Positions 35,240 through 49,412 of a stretch of 64,000 bases of DNA are shown one piece after another. The DNA is from the human T2T-CHM13v2.0 reference genome, Homo sapiens: assembly GCF_009914755.1 (NCBI RefSeq), contig NC_060929.1, one strand, 5' to 3'. The notes beneath the pieces were generated by a model that saw only the letters and a list, made by a program, of their open reading frames with translations, did not search any database and was not told the DNA's origin. The translations under genes and the position numbers were made by a program. Position 1 is the first letter of the stretch. Each line of letters begins with the position of its first letter.

Positions 35240-36600
35240 ACCCTATCTAATGAGGACAGGCTGTATTCTAGACTCTGTACTGTTTTGTATATATTATCTC
35301 AGTAAATCATCAAAACATTTCAGTATATTAATACATGAGATAATAAAAGTAATCCTCAGACAAATGAGGGGAGCTAATTTCTTCCTTCATTTAAGTAATT
35401 TTAACACATTTTATTGCTCAAATACTTTGTGTAAGATACTTTCTAGCTTGAGGTTTGTGATGTTGAATAAATTTATAAGTTTATAACCAGTGTTACAGAC
35501 ATATAACAAATATGACAGTAAGTAAGTAAATATAAAATTTTAACATAGACTAGGTAAACAAGAAGAAAACATACAAAAAGATGGAGAATGACTGGGTGGA
35601 GACTTATGTTGGGTTTTCATTAAGGTGACAACCTCAGAAATGAGAAAAGACAGACCACTATACCAAGATTCTGGAATAGAATTACCGGGCCAAAAAAGGA
35701 TGCATATATTCAATTTTTTTAAACAATGCAAAATTTAATTTCTAAACTGGTTTGCTAATATATACTTCCACAAGCAGGTCCAGTGGCTCTATAACCAATG
35801 GCACCTATTATTGTCAGATTTTTATTTATGCTAAATGGTGAATATAAATATATTTCATATTGTGGCTTTAATTAACATATTCATCATTATTAATGAAGTT
35901 GAGCTTTTTTCCTCTAACTTTCTTTATCTATTATATTTCCTCCTTTGTGAAATACCTAGTCAAGTCATTGTTCATTTATTATTTGCAGCACGTGGGCTTT
36001 TAAAAAACTGTATGTTAAATTTATTTATACTTACAAACAGTTTTCCTTTTTCAAGTGTGTCAAAACTGTAAATATATTTTCCTAGGATACAACTTGTCTT
36101 TTCCCATTCTACATCTTTTAATTAATAGAGTTCTAATTTTAGTGCAAAGTTTTCTTTGTTATTTGTGCTTTATGAAACTTTTAAAGCTATTTTGTTGTGA
36201 TCATACAGCAGAAACAGGGTCAACCCTAACCGAAAATTTGGTTCAGAGGTTGAGATTGCTGATATCACACCCAAACCACAAGGATATAAAATGTTTCATT
36301 ATTTACAGAGTGAGGCTTTCTGAATCATAAAGATATTTATCAATATAGTTACTTTAAGTTTTCCTATTGTTGCTTTTACATTTGCTATTTTATCCACCTG
36401 TGATTAGTTTTTATATATGTTCTTAGGAAGTATTCTACTATTTTTTAAACATATGGATAGCAACTTGTCTAACCACTGTTTATACAATAATCAATTTTTT
36501 CACAGTTATATAATGCCATATAAAATCCACGTAAAAATTGGTCTTTTCTTGGATTCTTATTTCATTCTATTTGTGCATTTTTTTAAAAATTGGTCTGGAA
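35240..36600 (-). mobile_element. Cluster of ancient MIR (~35240-35385), L2 (~35390-35690) and L1ME (~35690-36600) fragments
   Basis: MIR 'CAGACAAATGAGGGAGCT'; L2 'CACATTTTATTG...TACTTTGTGTAAGATACT'; L1 'CATTGTGGCTTTAATT...ATTAATGAAGTTGAGC'. Confidence 0.5.
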
Positions 36601-37439
36601 TTGACAAATTTTCCCAGGGAACAACAACAACAACAACAACAGAGAGCATGCATTTGTCTCTGTGGTCTTCCTCTGTTCTTCCTCAATTCTCTAGCTGCTT
36701 TCTTCTATAGCTTTCTGATTCTGCTAAACAGATAATTAACTTTTGGATTTTATACAGCTTTTCTGATTGTTCTTAGCAGGAATGTTGATCTGTCACAAAG
36801 TACTCCCTTCTAACCAAAATGTTTCTTATTCTTTCCTCTTTTTTATTTTAACCATATTCAACATACATATTTTGTGCTTTGTGCCTGTTAAAATTAAGAC
36901 ATTAGAAGTCTTTATAGATCTGATTTGGCTGTCTCTCCTCATTCTGCTGACTCTTGCTCATGGTGCCTTTATCCCTGTGTGTTTTGTTTTAATTTTATTT
37001 TATTTGTTCATGTGAACTCACCCACTTAGGACTATTTTCTATGGGCCTTGGTTAAAGAATGGTATTAAAGGTTTTTCCCATTCATTTTTGCCACATAATT
37101 GGAAAACAATTGTACTAGAACCATTTTAAAAACATATTTGCCTTGATACTTTTTTTTTTTAATGCAACAGGTTTGTGAACTTGAGCAGCAAACCTGCTTA
37201 AGGCCAAGGTTTTCATCATGTAATCTCAGGAGATATTTTTTTTAATCTCTACTCGGTCCTTATGTTAAGACAATACAGATTTTTCAGTTTCTTTCTGAGA
37301 TGCTTTATGTGGTTCAATTTTATCCTTATATTGAGGATGTATTGCTTTCAGGACTTAGCTATATGCAAGCATTGCTTACTGGAACTCACACCCTGGACAG
37401 GCCTTTGGCTTTATTTTCTGCCCCCTGACTTCCTCATAA

Positions 37440-37825
37440 GCCTCAATAAAGAAGCTCATCAGTGTAACCATGAGAAAAATAATGGACAAACCCAAATTGA
37501 GGGGACATTACACACCACTTGACCAGTAATCCCCAAAAGTTTCAAGATCATTGCAAACAAGAAAAGTCTAAGAAATGGTTATTATAGGGAGGTACTTCAG
37601 TAGGCATGCCAACTTAAAATAATGTGGTATCCTGGATAAGATCTAGATATAGACAAAACTAGGTAAAAGCTAATGGAAATCAAATTGTGAAATTTAGTTA
37701 AACATAATGTACCAATTTGTTTCATTAGTTGTGACAAATGTACTGTGATGATGTAAGATCTTAAAAGAGAAAACTGTGTACAGAGTATAGAGTTGACAAG
37801 ATTTTTTTGTATTAACTGCAACTTC
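37440..37825 (+). mobile_element. L1MC-like 3'UTR fragment
   Basis: 'GACAAACCCAAATTGAGGGGACATT...AATGTGGTATCCTGGAT...TCATTAGTTGTGACAAATGTAC'. Confidence 0.75.
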
Positions 37826-38467
37826 GTGGATGTGTTGAGAGTGATCCAACTTTATTTGACTTTGAAAATACTTGCATTCTCTCTCTCTTTCTTCCTTCCT
37901 TTCCTCAATTTAACCTACCTGCCTCTTTTCCTCCTGGGATCCCCCCACCTCTCTCTTTCTTTCTTTCTTACTTAGCTTTTCAACTATTAATTCATTTGTG
38001 GCTTTTGAGATTTTTCTTATTTTCTGGTCCAAACAACAATTCACTTGAAATTATGTTTTTAATATTTCATTAAACATTTTAGTTAGTTTTAGAAACAGTT
38101 TTGTCAGCATATCTAACTGCTCATAGTGACAGAAGTCAAAACTGGTACTTTCTTTTTCACTTCAGTTCAAACATGACTCTAAGTTAGAAAACTCTAGTCA
38201 TGTGTTTACATAATTGCAAAGAAAGCTGAGGAAGTGAGTTTTATGAATTTGCTAATCATAAGTTGAAAAGTTTCTGAACAATAGAAACAGTAAACAAATA
38301 ATGTTTCTTCTAAGCCAGATATATGAAAATGAATGACAAATTAAAAATATTGCTTAATATTACCTTACAATTTTGTATTACCACACAATTTTGTTATGTT
38401 AGTTTTCAATGTATTTATTGGATTAATAGATAAATCAGATTATACTTTGTCATTAGCAAGAAACACT

Positions 38468-38980
38468 TGTTTTTAAAAAGACCAGCACCAGGCCAAAATC
38501 CCATGTGTGAACTTTCGAGCCTAACCATGGGCAATATCGTTCAGAAATTGTATAAGGCTTTGCCTGTCAGGCCTAAAAAGAAGCTACCCTTCCCTCACCA
38601 GTCTTGGAGTACAGTCAGTACTTGCACTTTTCCAGAAAGAGCTGCTGTCAAGGACCCAGCACTTCTAGACCAATCAAGCTCATGTGCATATCTAAGTGTC
38701 TAGCCCAGGCACTTCCTGTTGGAAGCCTCCTCGTCAGGGACATTGGCTGAGACTTCTAAGCCACCTTTGCAGAGATGTCTTTGTAGAAAAACCTTGACTG
38801 AGGCATTTGCCCCTATCTGTCCTGGATGTCATCTGTTCAGAGTCCCACAAGGTTCTGTGGAAAAATGGAACACTGGGAAGCTAGCGACTTTTTCTTTTGC
38901 ATCTTTCCTGTGCTGTCACAGATAATAAATAAATGTTTGGCTGTCACTTTCAGTTTGGCTCATTGTGCTAATTGACAACC
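38468..38980 (+). mobile_element. Probable old solo LTR (family not identified)
   Basis: About 510 bp GC-richer block starting TGT, with AATAAA at ~38925 and a short U5-like tail, in AT-rich flanks. Confidence 0.45.
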
Positions 38981-41694
38981 TATACGAAGGCAATTTGACT
39001 ATTTTACTTATGAATATTTTTATTGAACTATTTTTACATAATTTTAATAACAAGGTTTAATAATGCTTATGGTCGCATGCAGTCAGTACTTTAATACAAA
39101 TACTTTCATATAATACTTGTACTTTCATATAATACAACTTCAGCAGAATAAATGCTACATAAGACATTATTAAATGTTTTATTTATCTGAGATAATTAAT
39201 GTTGTAAATTTAATATATCCTTTTCTACCACTATTATAATATGGAATGTTGCTACAAGAATGAATTTGTTCATAGGCATGAAAAAGGAATATCTGTGATT
39301 AAAATAAGTCTAAGATGCAAACATCAATTCTTAAAATTCATAATAGATTGATGTATTACTTTTGAAACTGCTAAACAAGGCAATTGAGCAATCACTAGGA
39401 AAAAATAGATGAAATAATTTTAATTTTTTTCTGTTTTCAAGGAAGTGGCAAGAATCTACTATAGGATATTTACACACATTTTTATTTTTATGCATCATTT
39501 ACTAGTCTAGTACTATATCATTCAGTGCTGAAATAAAATATTTAAATAGCCAAACATACTCCTTAGCAATATATGAAGTGCAAAACAGTTTATAACAACA
39601 GTGCAAAGATAAATTTAAGCACATATTCAAGAAGGGTATCGTGTTTTGAAAACAAATTCAGATAGTCACATTCCTAGCAAAAGATTTAATGACATTGACT
39701 ATAATACTGATTTGATAGGATTCATTTTTCAACTAATGAGGAATGTGATTGTGGTGGAGTTGGTAATTAAGAACAAATGCCTAATGGTTATATTTTAGGT
39801 GTTAGAAATTATAAAGTAGTAGGAAATTCTCAAGTAAACTCAAGTTATTTTTACTCAAATTGAGGAGCAGCTAGGTCACTTAAATGATAAATATCTTTGT
39901 TTTTCATATATTGTTCTGATGCATGAAATATGCCAAATCTGATGATAAATTTTTGTGGGACGTGGCAACATTTCTGCATGTTATCATTCTCTTTTAAATG
40001 TATGTTCTGTGTAGATGCAGTCTTCTCTGGTATTAATACGTGGTACTCTTTTGTTCTACCAAATAGCATTATCCTAGGGCTTATGTCATTGGTTTCCTTG
40101 TTAACTTATTTTGTATTGCAAATGTCATGTTAGCTGTGAATTCAGGTACATTTTTTTCTCTAAAGCCCTATAAGCTTTATAAAATGAGTTATAATTCAGA
40201 CTGCTTAACCTATTTTGAATGCTTGCAATTTTAAACTTTCAACATATCCAGAAATGCATTTCATTTGTTTACACTCATTATATGAAAAAAATAAAAATAA
40301 ACCTTGGCCTTTAAATAGCATTCTCAAATTTAGACAATTTGTGATCAGAACTTGCATTATTACTGTCAGTGCAATAGGGTTGAGTTGTAAAAAGATGGTT
40401 TTCTCAATTGTCAGATAATACCTAGACTAAAATATTCCCCTTGCTCCAGTTTTAACTGGTTATACTGCCAGATTAAACCAATCTGTGATTCCCTTTGGCT
40501 GTATCAATTATTCCTGTTCATTTTTTTAATATGCTGAGAACTAAATGTTTAATTTGCTACTACAGTAGCATGAATCTGCTAAGCTATTTTTTGCTTAGTT
40601 TTCTTTTATAAACAAAGGCAATTTGAAATCTTAAAGGAAAATTTTGCCAAATTGTAAAGGAAAATAAAATAAATAATATAATTTCCCTTAATGATTACTC
40701 TCTTTGGGGAGCTTAGTTTAGGATCTTTATTCTATAAAACCTACAGACTGCCATTTTGCTGTTAATTACCATCACAATGCATTAGTCTATTTTATGTAAT
40801 CCTCAGTCAATAAGACACTATGAGCACTATGAGACATGTTTGGAAAGTGCATTAAAACATGTCTCTTCTGAGGTTAGATTATAAAAAATCGAAAGCAATT
40901 TTGTAAATACAGTTTTTTCTGTTTTGATAAACTATTTTATTTTATTGCTATAAAGTTTTAAGGGTATGTGAATGACTTGAATTTTGAAAGATTCTCACAG
41001 AGCTTACAGAGGGTTGGGGTCTGAGTACTCTAAAATAATATAAAATATTATTTGAAATTAAATTCAGACATATTATTAGATTATTATTTCTGGAGTTCAA
41101 ATAAACTTATTTTTGCAGAGTTTGCTTACATAAGCTGGTTATTCAAATACACGTGAGTGCAATTATGGTTTATCTTTCCTTTAAGATCCTCCAGAAATAT
41201 AAATGAACTGGTTATATAAGTTAATGTTCAGAAAGTCATTTATTGGAGCTCTCTTGTAAAAATCGAAACTAAACTTGGAATTTTTGTTTTCCCCTAATCT
41301 GCCTATTTGAAGAAATTTAAAATATCTAAATTATATATTGATGCTGATATTTAACATATTTAAGTTCATTTTCTGATTTTTGGAATGTCTTTGCAGTAAA
41401 AAAATACTTAGTAAGTGTTTTGCTTCAGTACTGTGTTTGATTCTTAATTCCTTCAGAATTATTTTGCAGAAATCCACATGGCCAATAGATATTTCTTTTA
41501 AGGAAAAGCAAAGGTCACCAATATGGTCTCAGTAAATGTGACTGTATAGAGAAAGTTGAACATTGAGAGGATTCAAAACACTAGAAGGTTGTCATGTAAT
41601 TTTCTCACTTATACTTGATTTGTACTCTAATATTTTAAGAAGTGAAGAAGAAAGGAAGTCCAATTAGAATCTAAATATTTTTCTAAAATAAAAA

Positions 41695-41920
41695 ATTATA
41701 TATTATAATTCATATTTATATAAGATATACAAATTATATAAATATAATTTATATTTATATAGGATATATAAATTATATAAATATAATTTATATTTATATA
41801 AGATATAAATTATAAAATTATACAATTTATATAAATTATGTAATATAATTTATAATTTATATAGTATAAATATATGTGTATTTTATAAATAAAATGTTTA
41901 TGAATTAAATTATATAATTA
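41695..41920. repeat. AT-rich low-complexity tract containing a 39-bp tandem repeat (~2.8 copies from 41706)
   Basis: Unit TAATT(C/T)ATATTTATATA(A/G)GATATA(C/T)AAATTATATAAATA at 41706, 41745 and 41784. Confidence 0.85.
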
Positions 41921-42334
41921 TTGCAAAATTCAAAGAGAATCTTAAGAGCTGAAAAAAGTAAAAATGAAATAGAAACAATGTGAATTATATATATAAAATC
42001 ATAAAACAATGCCATTTATGAAAACTGTATGATTAGTTGACACAGACCGTGCAAACTAAGAAGTAAATTTATTTATTGTATTTATTTATTCTCCATAGTT
42101 ACTATTATATATTCACTTTCATTTGCTCTGCCAAAAATGACAACTATCTTCAAAAATAAACTTGATTTTAGAAACAGCTAGTCCTTATCTATAGATGTCA
42201 CTCTGCATAAATGCTGCTCAGTTAAGCACCATTTTGAGTAAAAACTACATTTTTTCTTAGAAAATAAAGACAGCTAACTTATATTTTTAAAAAGCATAAT
42301 TAATTTTCTTCATTCCAAAATGTCAAAGTAATTT

Positions 42335-43071
42335 CGATACGGACAGGAGGCAGGGAAATTCTGGGCAGACAGGGCAGGTCCCCAGTGACGGCCCTACCCT
42401 CAAGTCTGGAACTGCCACCCAAAGTGAGAACATACATTCCTGTTTTCTGACTTAAATGTTGCCTTTTCCAAAACCACCCATGGCCTGCCCTACCCCCATT
42501 TTGTGCCCATAAAACCCTATCCTGTGTCCATAAAAACCCTCAGGGATGGCTGGACTCCAGGGGAAGATTATCTTCCTGCTCTGTCCCCTCTTTAGTTCCC
42601 CTTCCTGCTGAGAACCACTGTCATTGGCAATAAAATCCCTCACATTGACCATCTCCAATTTGTTCATGCAACCTCATTCCTCCTGGACACCAGACAGGAT
42701 CTCAGGTGTGGGTGCAAAAGGCTGTCACACTGACCCTCCATTGAGCTGTCAACACTTAAGCCGAATATGGACAGCAAAGCTAAAAGAACACTGATTGTAA
42801 CACTCTTTCTGGGGTTTCTGGGGTTGTGGGCATCTCCCCAGATGCTGCCGTGGGGCCTCATAGAGTTTCGCTCCTGCTGGTGCCCAAAGGCACTTGCCCT
42901 GGCTCCTACCCCCACTCACCTACACTCTCCCTCTTGCAAGGGATGGAAGGCAGTGGCACCAAGCAAGTGGAGTCCACCCCTGCTGACACCGAAGTGGCCG
43001 GCTAGTTCTAGTGCCTGTGCACTCCAGTTTCCGCCCATGAAGAAAGAGGTCAGGGAAAATTTCCTGCTTCA
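42335..43071 (+). mobile_element. ERV1 solo LTR (LTR27/LTR28/MER61-like)
   Basis: Starts CGATACGGACAGGAGGCAGGGAAAT (TG mutated), AATAAA at ~42628, ends TTCCTGCTTCA; 4-bp TSD ATTT/GTTT. Confidence 0.85.
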
Positions 43072-43589
43072 GTTTCAAATGTTCTATAATACTAAGTTTG
43101 TAAAATCTAATGTTATTTCTATCTTAAAATGTCAAATAGCTTCAGAACTATCTTACTAGTCAAGTGTACAACTGCCCTACAAGGTAGGTTACGATCTTCC
43201 TTAAACTAATATTAGCACCATAAAGAAATAAAGTACAATGTTCCTAGCTGACTTTAAGGTGTTCACTCAGAAATTGTGCCTACATATATAGCTGGTGCTA
43301 CACTTCTGAATTACGGAAGTGTTGGTTAATAAATCAGTCCCAAATGTTAAATTTTATTCTAGTCTGAATAAAAAAGTTGCTTTTGTTACAAATATCTTCT
43401 TATATGCTACTTAGTTGTTGTTATCCTTACTTGCCTTCTGGAGCTTTGGTAACTTTTTGGTTCATTAACCACTGTAATGACCAACTCTGCATGACTTCTC
43501 TTAACTTCACACAGGCACAACACAATGCACCTTGCCTGGATGCCAAGGTGCACACCTCTATTGAGTTATTTCCTGAGACTTTCCTTTGA

Positions 43590-44365
43590 CACAGAGGCTT
43601 GAGACTTCTCAGACCTGACTGGAGGCCATACTTGTGGAAAAAAAAATAAGTGGTATGGAATTAACACCCTGCAGGGCAAATATTTCCCTATTTAGATCAA
43701 GAAAGTTGGTAGACAATTTTTTTCTTACTCTCTGCCCTGCCTCACCATGGACTTCCCTGGGACCAGTAATCCTACAGCCTTTCAGAAGAAGTCTCCAGCT
43801 ACATAGTCTGTTTTCACACTGCTATGAAGAAATACCTCAGTCTGGGTAATTTATAAAGAAAAGAGGTTTATTTGACTCACAGTACCACATGTCAGGGAGT
43901 CTCAGGAAACTTACAATTATGGTGGAAGCCAAAGGGGAAGCAAGGACCTTCTTTATGTGGTGACAGGAGAGAGAAGAGTGCATGTGTAGGAGGAAATGTG
44001 AAACACTTATAAAAACATCAGATCTCATGAGAACTCACTCACTATCACAAGAACAGCATGGGGGAAACTACCCCCATGACCCAATCACCTCCCACCAGGT
44101 CTCTCCCTCAGTATCTGGGGAGTACAATTCAAGATAAGATTTGGGTGGGGACACAAAGCCTATCTATATCACCAGTTAGAAATCATTTTCGCTTAGCTCC
44201 ATGAGGTAGCAGCTCAGTACTACATCTGTTTATTGACTTCCTTCTTCCCTGCTTCATTCTTTTCTCTTGTATTCTGTTTCCCTGGGATTGCACTCTCTAA
44301 TTTAGTAATTAATTTATCTAAGTTTACTCCCCAGTTCTGATTTCTGGTGGAGCCAAATTAAGTAA
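43590..44365 (+). mobile_element. LTR33/LTR16-like ERVL LTR split by an MST LTR
   Basis: 'GGAATTAACACCCTGCAGGGCAA' ... 'TTCCCTGGGATTGCACTC...TTTCTGGTGGAGCCAAATTAAG'. Confidence 0.5.
43800..44171 (-). mobile_element. MSTA/THE1D-like MaLR solo LTR
   Basis: Complete antisense LTR ending 'GATTTGGGTGGGGACACAAAGCCTATCTATATCA'; 5-bp TSD CCAGC/CCAGT. Confidence 0.9.
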
Positions 44366-44422
44366 CTTTTCAAAATTCCTTTTCCATTCTAACATTCTGT
44401 TTCTAAGAAGAATATTCCCATG

Positions 44423-44461
<39 letters not shown>

Positions 44462-44576
44462 TTTTAGGTTCAATGTGCAGGTTTCTTCTATGGGTAAATT
44501 GTGTACCATAGGAATTTGGTGTACATATTATTTGATCACCCAGGTAGTAAGCATAGTACCCCATAGGTAGTTTATC

Positions 44577-45913
<1,337 letters not shown>

Positions 45914-48409
45914 ATAGGTGGTTTTTCAATTCTCTCCCTTCTTCTATCCTTCACCCTCAAGTAGGCCTCAGTGTCTGTTGTTCCCTTCTTTGCGTCCATG
46001 TGGATTCAATGTTTCACTCTCACTTATATGTGAGAACCTGCAGTATTTGGTTTTCTGTTTCAGCATTAGTTTGCTAAGCATGACAGCCTCTATCTCTGTT
46101 GGTGTTGCTGCAAAGGACATGATATCTTTCTTTTTTTATGGCTGAATAGTACTCCAATGTGTATATGTATCACATTTTCTTTATTCAGTCCACTATTAAT
46201 GGGCATTTAGGTTGATTCTATGTCTTTGCTATTGTAAAGAGTGCTGTAATAAACATACACACGCATATGTCTTTATGGTAGAATGATTTATACACCTTTG
46301 GGTATATACTCAATAATGGAATAGCTGGGTTGAATGGTAATTCTGTTTTACATCTTTTGAGTTCCTTATAGATTCTGGCTATTAGACCTTTGTCAGAGAC
46401 ATAGTTTGCAAATATTTTCTCCCATATTGTAGATGGCCTGTTTGCTCTACTGATAGGTTTTTTTTATTGTTGTTGTTCTTGATTTTTGTGTTTGTGAGCT
46501 GTGAAGAAGCTCTTTAATTTAATTAGATCACATTTCTCATTTTTTGTTTCTGTTGCAATTTCTTTTAGTGTCTTTGTCATAAAATCTTTGCCAGGGCTCA
46601 TGTCCAGAATGTTATTTCCTAAGTTATCTACCAGAGTTTTTATAGATTTAGGTTTTACATGTAAGTCTTGAACGCATCTTGAGTAGATTTTTGTATATGG
46701 TATAAGGAAGGGGTCCAGCTTTTATCTTCTGCATATGGCCAGTCAGTCATCCCAGCACCATTTATTAGATAGGGAATCCTTTACTCTTTGCTTGATTCTG
46801 TTGACTTTGTCAACGATCAGGTGGTTATAAATGTACAGCTTTATTTCTGGGCTCTCTATTCTGTTCCATTGATATATGTGTCTGTTTTTGTACCAGTACC
46901 ACGCTGTTTTGGTTCCTGTAGCCTTGTAGTGTACTTTGCAGTTAGGTAACATGATGCCTCCAGCTTTGTTCTTTTTGCTTAGAATTCTCTTGGTTATTCA
47001 ATCTATTTCAAGGTGCATATCAATATTAAAATAGTTTTGTTTTTATCTAATTTTGTGAAAAATGTCATTAGTGGTTTGATAGAAACATCATGGAATGTGC
47101 AAATTGCTTTGGGGAACATGGTCATTTTAAAATTATTGGATCTTCTTATCCATAAGCATAGAATGTTTTTCCATTTGTTTGTGTCATATCTAATTTCTTT
47201 AAGCAGTGTTTTGTAATTCTCATTGTAGAGATTGTTTACCTCCCTGGCTACCTGTATGCCTAGGTATTTTATTCCTTTTTGGTGATTGTGAATTGTATTG
47301 CATTCTTGCTTTGACTCTTAGCTTAAACATTATTGGTGTATAGAAATGCTACTGATTTATATACACTAATTTTGTATTCTGAAACTTTGCTGAAGTTGTT
47401 GATCAGATCTCGGAGCTTTTGGGCAGAGACTATGGGGTTTTCTAGATACAGAATGGTATCATCTGCAAACAGAGATAATTTGACTTCCTCTATTCCTATT
47501 TGCGTGCCTTTTATTTCTTCTCTTGCCTGATTGCTCTGGCTATAACTTCCAGTACTATGTTGAATAGGAGTGGTGAGAGTGGGCATCCCTGTCTTACTCT
47601 GGTTCTCAAGGGGAATGCTTCTGGTTTCTACTTATTCAGGATGATTTTGGCTGTTGGTTTGTCATAGATGACTCATTATTTTTAAGTATTTTCCTTCAAT
47701 GCCTAGTTTGTTGAGGGTTTTTTAACATGAAGTAATGTTTAATATTACCAAAAGCCTTTTCTGCATCTATTGAGATGATCATGTGGTTTTTGTTTTTAGT
47801 TTTATATGGTAAATCACATTTAATGATTTGTGTAATTTGAACAAATCTTGCATTCCAGGGATAAAGCCTAACTGATTGTGGTGGATTCGCTTTTTGATAT
47901 GCTGCTGGATTTGGTTTGCCAGTATTTCGTTAAGAATTTTTACACCTATGTTCATCAAGGATATTGTCTTGAAAATTTCTCTTTTATTTGCTGTATCTCT
48001 GCCAGGTTTTGGTATCAGGGTGACACTGGCCTAATATAATGAGTTTGGGAGGAGTCCCTCCTCCTCAATTTTTTGAAATAGTTTCAGTAAGAATGGTACC
48101 AACTCTTTTTTATATATCTGGCAGAATTCAACTGTGAATCCATCCGGTCCTGAGCTTTTTCTGGTTGATAGGGTGGGAAATTTAAAGTTCAGAAGTTTGC
48201 CATGATGTTACATCTTCTCAGCTACATCAGTGCTATTTAACCAGTATCTTAGAAAATTGTTGCAGAAAGGTCTGTTTCTAGATATTTAGAAGTCTGAGGA
48301 GTGTTTGCTTTGGCATCACTTAAGTGCTATACATTTAGCCATGAATTTGGAATAAAAATTTATCAAACAGAAGAATTAAATATTTTAAAAAATTATTGCT
48401 TGAAGTCTT

Positions 48410-48660
48410 TAACAGAAAAGAAGACTGTTTGGAAATAACATTTAAAAAATTAACAATGTATTTTATATCCAATTATCCCAAATATTACATTTTCCACAAG
48501 AAATTATCATAAGGCATCATCAATGAGGTGTTTGATGTTTTGAATATTGTCATCAAATTTGGTATATTTTATACTTAGAGCACATCTCAATTTGAACTAG
48601 CCACATGGCACATGCTGAGAAGCCACACGGGGCTAGTGGCTACCATATTCAACCGCACTG
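48410..48660. mobile_element. MER33-like hAT-Charlie element
   Basis: 'GCACATCTCAATTTGAACTAGCCACAT...GGCTAGTGGCTACCATATT'. Confidence 0.75.
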
Positions 48661-48947
48661 ACATATGTTGTTCTACCACACACACTATGTAGCACTTCAT
48701 CTGCTCCACTAAATATATCTTGGTCGTGTTCTTGAAGAGGATATGCAGCTATGCCTCACTGTCTAAGAGCTTCATCATGTTCTATTATATGTATTATATG
48801 GCTGTTACAAGTGGGGCTTAAATGACTCTCAATGTGAAAAGAAAGAGTAAGAAAACTATATACATTATGAATGAGATAAAATGTTCCTTTGTTATAGATG
48901 AGTAAATTAAATTTCAGTTAAGTTATGCAATTCAAATGGAGTCATAG

Positions 48948-49412
<465 letters not shown>

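Noticed and set aside
42664-43159. 130-aa ORF with a signal-peptide-like N-terminus (42767-43159)
   Set aside because: Mostly within an ERV1 solo LTR, starts downstream of its AATAAA and has no recognisable domain.
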